Shown: in pieces, positions 7,423 through 13,914 of the stretch
How the letters are laid out: each line of letters begins with the position of its first letter
Position numbering within the stretch: the stretch's first letter is position 1
From: Actinomycetota bacterium
GTDB lineage: Bacteria > Actinomycetota > Thermoleophilia > Gaiellales > Gaiellaceae
Length of the DNA: 38,900 nt
Assembly (NCBI GenBank): GCA_013817555.1
Contig: JACDCN010000001.1
Coordinates: 1 to 38,900 of the forward strand
Direction: 5' to 3'
The notes under the pieces: model-generated
The model's database searches: none
The model's input: only the letters and a program-made list of their open reading frames with translations
Told to the model about the DNA's origin: nothing
Translations under genes and position numbers: made by a program

Positions 7423-7700
7423 TTCTCCAAGCATCCAGAGACGCAGCGCGGCCCATCATCTGGTGACCAGAGGATGAGATCACCCTTGCCAAACTCAGCA
7501 GAACAGACTGAGCAATGACCGCCGAAACGAGAGCGAATCTCTATCCAGCGAACGGCGGACTTAGGATTATCCCAGCCCAACAGACGTCGCTTCCAACCTT
7601 TCGACGGAGGCCATGACACACCCCACTCGGCTAGCTGTTTACGCGACCATCCACCCTTCGGAGAACGCCCTGCCTCGATCTGCTCCTCACTAAGCCTCAC
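7413..7700 (-). CDS. Hypothetical protein (95 aa)
   Basis: GTG 7700 forms a GTGA overlap with the primase stop. Contains HCSVCS...C..GC. Confidence 0.5.
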   Translation of the reverse strand: MRLSEEQIEAGRSPKGGWSRKQLAEWGVSWPPSKGWKRRLLGWDNPKSAVRWIEIRSRFGGHCSVCSAEFGKGDLILWSPDDGPRCVSGCLEKWS

Positions 7701-8707
7701 GCGACCAAGACCTCAGCCCGCTCAGCGACGAGCTCTCGAATGACGTTCCTCGCGGCCTTCCGCGACGTCGTGTCCCAGGCCGACTTGAGCAGGTGATCCC
7801 CGATGTCGCGGCCGTCGTTCATCTTCGAGCCGATGTCGATGACGTGGTTCTCGATCCCCGCCTTGTCGAAGTCGTAGGAGGCCGCTCGCATGAGCGCTCG
7901 GCCCTGGTCGTCGCAGTCGGGGAAGAGCACGATCCGCAGGAACCTTGCGAAGCGCTCGGCCCACTTGCGATGCCAGCCCGCCCCCTGCCACGACCCCGGG
8001 CGTTGAGTCGAGATCGTGGGCTTGGAGACGGATCCCGGTAGGCCGATTGCCGTCAGCCCCACCGTGGTCATCGAGATCGCAGTGCCTTCGCCCTCGACGA
8101 GGAACAGAACCTCAGCCGGATCGAGTCGTTCGGGAGAGGGCCAGGGGAGTCGCGACTTGCCCTTCCCGGCGAGGATCTTCCTGCCAGTGGCGAAGGGGTC
8201 GTAGCGCAGAACGTCGTGCAGCTTGCCGTCCGAGGTTCGGACGGGGAGCGTGAGACGCGATCCGTCCCAGCCCACTTCCAGACGTTCCAGAGCTTTAGCG
8301 GACCAGCCACGGCCGTTTCGGATCTCCATGCCCGCCGACTCGCCGATGACATGACCGAAGCGAAGACGGTTCAAGACTTCGGGCTCGTGCTGTAAACGCA
8401 CGGCGCAGGCGTAGGACTCGAGCTCGATCGCTCGCCAATCTCGGCGGCGAGGCTTGCGCTCACCGGCAGGCGTATCGTCGAGGACGAGATCCGACCATTC
8501 GATTCCAAGCACTCGCCGGATCTCGTCGTAGTCACAGCCGGCGAAGCAGTGAAGGTTGATCCACTTCGCACCCGCCCGGATCCCCATGTCGTCGGTCGAG
8601 GTTCCGCCGTGAACCGGGCAGCGGGACCGGAAAGTTCCGTTCGCCTGGGGACGTACGCTCTCCAGTTTCGAGAGCACGACCTCGAGCTTCTCGTGCAGCT
8701 CGCTCAT
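7697..8707 (-). CDS. DnaG-like DNA primase (zinc-binding N-terminus plus Toprim domain)
   Basis: ORF 7697..8965 trimmed to ATG 8707 (ATGA overlap with the stop of 8704..8916). RSRCPVHGG...HCFAGC looks like a zinc site. FLVEGEGTAI and VLFPDCDDQG look like the Toprim E and DxD motifs. Confidence 0.8.
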   Translation of the reverse strand: MSELHEKLEVVLSKLESVRPQANGTFRSRCPVHGGTSTDDMGIRAGAKWINLHCFAGCDYDEIRRVLGIEWSDLVLDDTPAGERKPRRRDWRAIELESYACAVRLQHEPEVLNRLRFGHVIGESAGMEIRNGRGWSAKALERLEVGWDGSRLTLPVRTSDGKLHDVLRYDPFATGRKILAGKGKSRLPWPSPERLDPAEVLFLVEGEGTAISMTTVGLTAIGLPGSVSKPTISTQRPGSWQGAGWHRKWAERFARFLRIVLFPDCDDQGRALMRAASYDFDKAGIENHVIDIGSKMNDGRDIGDHLLKSAWDTTSRKAARNVIRELVAERAEVLVA

Positions 8708-8916
8708 ACGAGCGTCTCCTGGTGCACGTTGATCCCGGCCTTGAATCGAGCGATGCAGGCCGTGCAAGCGAACTCGTCGTGAGCCTTGCGAAGAACGACA
8801 TCCGAGCCACCGCGCCGCGACTGCGCCGTGGCCTTGCGCTCCCAGCCCGAGATGAGCCGATACGCGAACGACTCGTCGAGTGTCTGCGAGCAGAACGTGC
8901 AGCTGACGTCGCTCAC
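8704..8916 (-). CDS. Small zinc-ribbon protein (70 aa)
   Basis: CTFC...CTAC cysteine pairs. It is coupled to the primase start. Confidence 0.55.
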   Translation of the reverse strand: MSDVSCTFCSQTLDESFAYRLISGWERKATAQSRRGGSDVVLRKAHDEFACTACIARFKAGINVHQETLV

Positions 8917-9053
8917 GCTTTGCCCCGAATCGAAATTGCCTTGCGCGCGAACCGTTCAGGCTCAAAGTGGAAATTGAGAAGGTTCAAAGACAGGTATTTC
9001 AAAGCTCTTAATCGGGACGGGACGGGAACGCGCACGCGCGGCTGCGCGCGAGT

Positions 9054-9095
9054 CACGGTTGCGTTACGGTTCGCGTTACGGTTCCCGTTACGGTC
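9054..9095. repeat. Iteron-like tandem repeats with a 12-bp period (GCGTTACGGTTC about 3.5 times)
   Basis: Reads CACGGTT GCGTTACGGTTC GCGTTACGGTTC CCGTTACGGTC. It lies next to GGGAC repeats (9014-9030), a GC-only stretch (9029-9050) and an AT-rich patch (about 8961-9013). Confidence 0.65.
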
Positions 9096-9423
9096 ATGTT
9101 CGCTTTCTGAGCGATCGCATTCGGTCAGCCGCAGTCGGATCTTTGGGCTGATATTTCGACCAGTCGTTGACAGCACAGAAATCACCCTGGTCACGAACGA
9201 GACCGAACTCGAGGAACCTGTCGAGCTGCACTTCCCGAACGGCTCGAGGCCCACGAGGAGTCGCGAACATCGCGTGGCGGATCTCTTCTCGAGCGAAGAC
9301 GCCGCCGTTTCGCTTTCTCGAGCAGTAGGCCCAAAGAGCGATGAGGGCTCGGTACTCGGCGTCTGTGAGATCACCGACCTTCCCGTTAAGAGGCATCGAG
9401 TCATCTATTCGAAGCCACGTCAT
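9094..9423 (-). CDS. Hypothetical replication-region protein (MTWLRIDD... type N-terminus)
   Basis: ORF 9094..9453 trimmed to ATG 9423. The N-terminal MxWxRxDD...K...L pattern is common in phage replication-module proteins, and the gene sits beside the iterons and the primase. Confidence 0.5.
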   Translation of the reverse strand: MTWLRIDDSMPLNGKVGDLTDAEYRALIALWAYCSRKRNGGVFAREEIRHAMFATPRGPRAVREVQLDRFLEFGLVRDQGDFCAVNDWSKYQPKDPTAADRMRSLRKRT

Positions 9424-9565
9424 CAGTCGGCCTCGCGTCGACGAGGGCAACAAGCGTGAGCAGCACCTCTCGCTCTTGCGGAGTCAGTTCGACGACGTCC
9501 GCCTTCCACGAGTCCGGCCAACGCTCGACTCTCTTCTTCGCGATGATCGACTCGGCCTTATCCAC
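9401..9565 (-). CDS. Small hypothetical protein (54 aa), below the cutoff when trimmed
   Basis: GTG 9565 shares its G with the SSB-like gene stop (TAGTG). Sequence: VDKAESIIAKKRVERWPDSWKADVVELTPQEREVLLTLVALVDARPTDDVASNR. The rest of ORF 9401..9991 is an Arg-rich shadow. Confidence 0.4.
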   Translation of the reverse strand: MDKAESIIAKKRVERWPDSWKADVVELTPQEREVLLTLVALVDARPTDDVASNR

Positions 9566-10035
9566 TAGAACGGGATGTCGTCGTCGACGGAGACGCCTGC
9601 CGGCACGGTCACGGGCTCCCGCGCTGGGGCTTGGGGTTCGTTGTCGAGCGGAGTGCTTTCCGGCGCGCCTCCGATCCGATCCCAGTCGATCGCCTCTCCA
9701 CTTCCGAGTGGCCGATCGACCTTGACGCGGTAGCCCACGTAGTCGTTCCCGCCGTTCGTGGAAATCTTCCCGTGGTACTTGATCCCGATGCGCTCCCCTG
9801 ACTGCGGGCGGGCCTTCGACATCTCGTTCCGCAGAACGGTGTGCATCAGCCAGACCGCACGTTCGGAGCCGTCCTCGAGCCTCACCGTCGCAACCCAGCA
9901 GGCTCCGTAGGCGGTGGAAGCTGAGGTCATCTCGACGAACGTCCCGATCAGCGGATTCGGGTTGTCTTCTCCTCCTTGATCGGGCCTCCACGCCTGCGCG
10001 AGGGACTGATCTAGGGATGATGCAAAGTCGCTCAT
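9565..10035 (-). CDS. Single-stranded-DNA-binding-like protein with a canonical SSB C-terminal tip
   Basis: It ends ...VSVDDDIPF, identical to the bacterial SSB acidic tip. This is preceded by a P/A/E-rich linker and a roughly 110-aa beta-rich N-terminal domain that does not look like the canonical SSB OB sequence. ATG 10035 forms an ATGA overlap with the HNH stop. Confidence 0.65.
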   Translation of the reverse strand: MSDFASSLDQSLAQAWRPDQGGEDNPNPLIGTFVEMTSASTAYGACWVATVRLEDGSERAVWLMHTVLRNEMSKARPQSGERIGIKYHGKISTNGGNDYVGYRVKVDRPLGSGEAIDWDRIGGAPESTPLDNEPQAPAREPVTVPAGVSVDDDIPF

Positions 10036-10385
10036 GCGACTTCCTCCAATCGGATTGTGTTTACGGAGTAGTTCCTGTCCAGCCACGCCTCAGCGCGCTC
10101 ACCGAGTCGGAACCGCAGATAGGCGATGTGAGCCTCTGAGAGGCTCTCTCGCAGGGCTGCGCGGGCTAATGGATCACGGGCTTCGACTCGTGCGTGACAG
10201 ACGCGACAGAGCGGTACGAGGTTCACCATCACGTCGTCCCCGGAATGAGAACGGGGAAGCACGTGATGGAGCTCGATCGGATACTCCTCGCAGATCCGGC
10301 AGCTAGCGCCCTTGAACGCAGCATGGATGTCTTCCCACTCCTTCTTCGTCGCGCGGTAGCGCTTCGAGGGCTTGGGGTCAGGCAC
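10032..10385 (-). CDS. HNH endonuclease
   Basis: Contains CRICEEYPIELHHVLPRSHSGDDVMVNLVPLCRVCH. Confidence 0.85.
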   Translation of the reverse strand: MPDPKPSKRYRATKKEWEDIHAAFKGASCRICEEYPIELHHVLPRSHSGDDVMVNLVPLCRVCHARVEARDPLARAALRESLSEAHIAYLRFRLGERAEAWLDRNYSVNTIRLEEVA

Positions 10386-10599
10386 AGGGAACCCGCTTCA
10401 AGTAACCGTTCAACTCAATGACTTCCGCCATGCCTGCGCTCTCGTCGACGTCGCACCTGAACCCGCTCAACTCGCCTCGCTTGCGAAGCGCGATGGCGGC
10501 CATGCGAACAGCGATGCCGTTTTCACAACTGCGGTAGAGCGCGTACACGGCTTCCTCAATCTCGAGGATGTCCTGCGCTTTGCGTTCGTCAGGTGTCAC
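10378..10599 (-). CDS. Hypothetical protein (73 aa)
   Basis: ORF 10378..10671 trimmed to GTG 10599 (GTGA overlap with the upstream stop). Confidence 0.5.
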   Translation of the reverse strand: MTPDERKAQDILEIEEAVYALYRSCENGIAVRMAAIALRKRGELSGFRCDVDESAGMAEVIELNGYLKRVPCA

Positions 10600-10802
10600 A
10601 GCAACCCGATCCACTGAGCGCTGAGCCAGGCCCAGCCGACGAGCAGGATGAGCGCGGTCCAGATGAGGCAAGCGAGGAAGAAGTCAGAGACGAAAGAGTT
10701 TTCGGCGGAAGGGAGCGCTAGTTCGCTCCACGGCGGTCCTGCTTCCTGGGGAAGGGGGAGGAGCGCCGTTTTGACTTCCGCCGAATTTGAGGAGAGGCTC
10801 AC
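10596..10802 (-). CDS. Small membrane protein (68 aa)
   Basis: The C-terminal hydrophobic segment is FFLACLIWTALILLVGWAWL. GTG 10802 forms a GTGA overlap with the 57-aa ORF stop. Confidence 0.5.
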   Translation of the reverse strand: MSLSSNSAEVKTALLPLPQEAGPPWSELALPSAENSFVSDFFLACLIWTALILLVGWAWLSAQWIGLL

Positions 10803-10972
10803 GCGGCCTCGTCCAAAAGTCGGAGTGCCTCCCGCGCCAACCGCTTGATCCGAAGACGCCGGATCATCGCGTCGGCAACGGCCTGAGAGCGTTCCTGCTC
10901 GGCGCGGCGATCGGCGAGGATTTGGCTGCCCTCGCGGACGTTGAAGCCTGTACGTTCGGTGGTCATGGTCAT
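10799..10972 (-). CDS. Small hypothetical protein (57 aa), below the ORF-track cutoff
   Basis: Hand translation: MTMTTERTGFNVREGSQILADRRAEQERSQAVADAMIRRLRIKRLAREALRLLDEAA. ATG 10972 forms an ATGA overlap with the Cro-like gene stop. Confidence 0.45.
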   Translation of the reverse strand: MTMTTERTGFNVREGSQILADRRAEQERSQAVADAMIRRLRIKRLAREALRLLDEAA

Positions 10973-11166
10973 GCTGCTACCTCCTCCTCGAGTTCCTCGA
11001 CGGGCACGTCGTAGATGTCCGCGAGCGCGAGCAGGTGCATCCGCTTCACGTCGGTCTTGCCCTTCTCCCAGCGCTCCAGCTGCTTAGGACTCATGCCGAG
11101 ACGGGTCGCTACATCGGCACGCGAAAGCCTGCGGGCCTCTCGGATGGTCTGAAGGTGACTGGACAT
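10969..11166 (-). CDS. XRE-family HTH regulator (Cro-like, first gene of the early operon)
   Basis: LSRADVATRLGMSPKQLERWEKG is a classic XRE helix-turn-helix. It is transcribed divergently from the plus-strand regulator. Confidence 0.85.
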   Translation of the reverse strand: MSSHLQTIREARRLSRADVATRLGMSPKQLERWEKGKTDVKRMHLLALADIYDVPVEELEEEVAA

Positions 11167-11216
11167 CGAGTCTGGACTTTACACAGACACACTGTCTATG
11201 TCAAGATGTCAAGAAC
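11167..11216. promoter_or_regulatory. Divergent switch region with candidate operators
   Basis: A 50-bp gap lies between divergent HTH genes. It contains the inverted repeat AGACA-cac-TGTCT (11185-11197), the tandem 8-mer ATGTCAAG twice (11198-11213), and the -35-like TTTACA (11178-11183). Confidence 0.5.
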
Positions 11217-11657
11217 GTGTCCGACCTATACCTCGATCTTCGGCGCAGAATCCCGCTGGTGGCGGAGTGGACAGACGTAGGCGACGAGGAGATGGAACGG
11301 GCGCAGGCCAGACTCGGCCTGAGCGACGAGCGGCTTGCCCGGCTGATCCCGATCTCGGCGAAAACCTGGGTCAGGTGGAAGCGACGTGGACAGATCCCGA
11401 CGCACTACCTGCCGAAGGTCGCGCCGATCCTCGGCTTCGAGATCGTGCCGATGGAGCCGGTCGAGATTGCTGTCGCGACTCAGACGAGCGTCGTCACGCC
11501 AGACCTCCGCGAATCACTCGCAGAACTGGTCGAGCTGTCTCGCCGTCAGGCCGAGATTGCCGAGCGCTCCGAAGCTGCGCTTGGTCGTATCGAGCTCGCC
11601 ATTCGCGAGACAGACGCAGCGCCTCGGCGAGTGCGTCGCGTTGCGAAGAACGCGTAG
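11217..11657 (+). CDS. Putative lysogeny repressor-like DNA-binding protein (146 aa)
   Basis: It is one of only two convincing plus-strand genes. LARLIPISAKTWVRWKRRGQIP is HTH-like, and the C-terminus is coiled-coil-like. GTG start at 11217. Confidence 0.55.
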   Translation: MSDLYLDLRRRIPLVAEWTDVGDEEMERAQARLGLSDERLARLIPISAKTWVRWKRRGQIPTHYLPKVAPILGFEIVPMEPVEIAVATQTSVVTPDLRESLAELVELSRRQAEIAERSEAALGRIELAIRETDAAPRRVRRVAKNA

Positions 11658-11746
11658 CGGTGACTTCTTCCTGCCTACTCATTCCTGCCCGCCCTCACCG
11701 CAGGAGCGGGACGACGACACTAATCGACTAATCGGACGGAGGGAAA

Positions 11747-12034
11747 ATGACGTCAACCGAGGTGGTCGCCGAACGTATGAGTTCCGAGGAGCGAGCCCGG
11801 ATACTCGAGCTCGAGGTGTCAAGCCAGGTTCGCAAAGGCTGGCGAGTCGTCTCTCAGACACAGACTCAGGCCCAGCTCGTGAAGGGGAAGCCGACGAACC
11901 ACATCCTGCACCTCATCCTCTCGATCATCACCGTGGGGGCGTGGCTGATCGTGTGGATTCTGGTGGCCTTACTCGCCGGCGAGAAGCAGAAACACCTCTC
12001 GGTGAACGAGTGGGGTGGAATCAGCCGGAGCTAG
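11747..12034 (+). CDS. Small membrane protein, co-oriented with the repressor-like gene
   Basis: GGACGGAGGG RBS followed by ATG 11747. The hydrophobic segments are NHILHLILSIITVGAWLIVWILVALLAG. The tandem 8-mer ACTAATCG occurs twice at 11719-11734, just upstream. Confidence 0.65.
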   Translation: MTSTEVVAERMSSEERARILELEVSSQVRKGWRVVSQTQTQAQLVKGKPTNHILHLILSIITVGAWLIVWILVALLAGEKQKHLSVNEWGGISRS

Positions 12035-12125
12035 TAGCTCCCCAGTGTGCGTGCCCGCACCCGCCGCGACCATTCCCGATGAGTAACGAGCCATGTGAAC
12101 TCGCCTATCGGCCACTAACGGCGGG

Positions 12126-12722
12126 TCAGACTCCTAGTCGTAGAGGGTGGCGGGTGACGTAGAGGCTCGGTGCCGCGCCGTAGGTGACGATCAGCCGAGG
12201 CGGGTCTAACGTCGCATGATCCCAGGATGCGTACCGGAAGTGGTTGCCGCCTCCCGATGTAGGCGCTCCTCCGCTGACGTGCATTCGCAAGCCCGTGAAG
12301 CCAGTCTTGTTGATGTTGCTAAGGGCTAAGAGCGCGAAGTCGTTGTCGGCAGACTCAGAAAGACTGGCGATGGCCGTCCCCGCATGAGCATCGCTACCAA
12401 CCGTAGAGGTGTAGTCGCTGCTGTCGGGCGTACCCATGTCGTACCACTCAAGAGTGACCGAGCGCCCGTTCCAATCGTCTATGTTAAAACCGCGCACACG
12501 AAGAACAGCCGACGTGACAGTCTCACCATCGGGAATCGAGGACGTGTCCCAGCGCATACAGGAGACACTGAGGTAGTAGATGCCCCCTCCCAGAGTCTTC
12601 GACGGGTTATCTTCCGTGCGAGTCGGGTCGCTCGCTGTATACGGTGGAGGGTAGGACGCACCCTCTCCATCGAATCGTACATCGTGATCCGACTGCGCGA
12701 TCGCGAACTCGACAGTCGGCAC
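12126..12722 (-). CDS. DNRLRE-like beta-sandwich domain protein (tentative)
   Basis: ORF 12126..12848 trimmed to GTG 12722, which lies 1 nt after the upstream TAG with GGAG upstream. SCMRWDTSSIPDGETVTSAVLRV and the C-terminal DPPRLIVTYG resemble the DNRLRE-type pattern. Confidence 0.5.
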   Translation of the reverse strand: MPTVEFAIAQSDHDVRFDGEGASYPPPYTASDPTRTEDNPSKTLGGGIYYLSVSCMRWDTSSIPDGETVTSAVLRVRGFNIDDWNGRSVTLEWYDMGTPDSSDYTSTVGSDAHAGTAIASLSESADNDFALLALSNINKTGFTGLRMHVSGGAPTSGGGNHFRYASWDHATLDPPRLIVTYGAAPSLYVTRHPLRLGV

Positions 12723-12723
12723 C

Positions 12724-13914
12724 CTACGCTCCGACCGTAACGCCGTTGGCCGCGAGCTTGTCAAGCCAACGCTGCCACTCAGCCTGCTCCGTGGCTTTCG
12801 TGATCGGATCGGGAAGTCCCGTGTTCTGTCCGTAGTACGCCGACGCATCCGGAAGCCACATATCGTTTCGCTGCCCGTTTGCCTTCACCCAGCCGACGAC
12901 GTTGTTGGTCATGCGGTTGTTGCCCCAGTTGGGGTGGCTATCGGCATTCCAGGCCATGAGACCGACGTTGGCTGCCGCGAACAGGTTGCCCGCGTCATCC
13001 CGACCGTCGAAGATCAGGCGGTTGTCGTGAGCCCAGTTGTTAGCGCCCGCCGAGTAGAACCCGATTCCCAGGTTTACGGTATTCAGGATGATGTTGTTGT
13101 AAATCTCGCAATCATGGGCACCGGCATCGCAGATGATCCCCGATCCTGAGTAGCCGCCTGCGAGGGTGTCGGGGTAGGCACCGTTGATGTAGTTGTCGTG
13201 AATCTTCGCCCAGCCTGCACCGCCGTACATGTTGATGACGTCTTCGACGCCGCTCTTTCCAAACTCGTTGATGATCTCGTTCCAGGAGACATCGAATAGG
13301 GCAGGCTGTTGCGTTGCGTTCGCCGCCTGGAAGAAATGGCTCCAGTCGCCCGGACTTCGCACCATGTTCCGGCCCTTGTTCTTCGTGACCACGATCGTTC
13401 CGCCCGCCTGGATCGCATCCAGCCGGATGCCCCAGGTGTGAAGGATGGTGCAGTTCTCGACCCGGATGGACTTGAAGCCATAGCCGTAGACAGCCTTGCC
13501 CACACTTCCGGGTGCTCCTTCCAGAGTGGTACGTCTAACCGTGAGTTGGGCACCAGCGAAGTTGGCGTCGATGAGCGGAGACGCGCCCGTGTTCTTGATG
13601 TACGAATCCTCAATGATGACGGGCTGCGCGGTCTGAATCTTGACGGCAGCATTGGCACCGTCTCCGACGATTGACCCCTTGTACGTGCCGCCAGTAGTAA
13701 TCGTCCTCGGAAGCGTTCCGGTTGGCGGAGGAGGAGGCGGCGGGGGAGGCTCGACAACCGCGCCGATCTGAGCGAACAGGTCGAGCCCCTTCCTCCACTG
13801 TGAACCCGCAGGCGGACCTTCGGGCCAGCGGGGAGCGCCATTCGACTTGAGATAGCCGACGGTCGTTTTCTTCAGCTCGACAATCCCGGCGTCTTTTAAT
13901 TCCTTGTCGGTCAC
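12724..13914 (-). CDS. Right-handed parallel beta-helix protein with an N-terminal domain and a poly-Pro linker (candidate polysaccharide depolymerase)
   Basis: ORF 12724..13965 trimmed to GTG 13914 (GTGA overlap with the pectate lyase stop). It has a PPPPPPPPP linker and repeated beta-helix-like rungs (NN.I.N..., IHDNYING, IYNNIILN, AHDNRLIF). Confidence 0.7.
   Translation of the reverse strand: MTDKELKDAGIVELKKTTVGYLKSNGAPRWPEGPPAGSQWRKGLDLFAQIGAVVEPPPPPPPPPTGTLPRTITTGGTYKGSIVGDGANAAVKIQTAQPVIIEDSYIKNTGASPLIDANFAGAQLTVRRTTLEGAPGSVGKAVYGYGFKSIRVENCTILHTWGIRLDAIQAGGTIVVTKNKGRNMVRSPGDWSHFFQAANATQQPALFDVSWNEIINEFGKSGVEDVINMYGGAGWAKIHDNYINGAYPDTLAGGYSGSGIICDAGAHDCEIYNNIILNTVNLGIGFYSAGANNWAHDNRLIFDGRDDAGNLFAAANVGLMAWNADSHPNWGNNRMTNNVVGWVKANGQRNDMWLPDASAYYGQNTGLPDPITKATEQAEWQRWLDKLAANGVTVGA

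Noticed and set aside
7697-8965. The N-terminal 86 codons of the 422-aa primase ORF
   Set aside because: This part is Arg/Gly-rich junk that overlaps the well-formed zinc-ribbon ORF 8704..8916 in another frame. ATG 8707 gives an ATGA-coupled start directly before the zinc-binding motif.
9566-9991. The upstream part of the Arg-rich 196-aa ORF 9401..9991
   Set aside because: It lies entirely inside the SSB-like gene in another frame and is extremely Arg/Asp/Glu-rich. Only the last 54 codons, downstream of the SSB stop, are considered.
12047-12060. The hairpin GTGCG-TGCC-CGCAC as a bidirectional terminator between the convergent gene blocks
   Set aside because: It has only a 5-bp stem and no flanking T or A tract, which is too weak to call.
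11198-12162. Plus-strand ORFs 11198..11731 (177 aa) and 11386..12162 (258 aa)
   Set aside because: These are Arg/Ser/Pro-rich alternate frames of the two convincing plus-strand genes, with no RBS and low-complexity translations.
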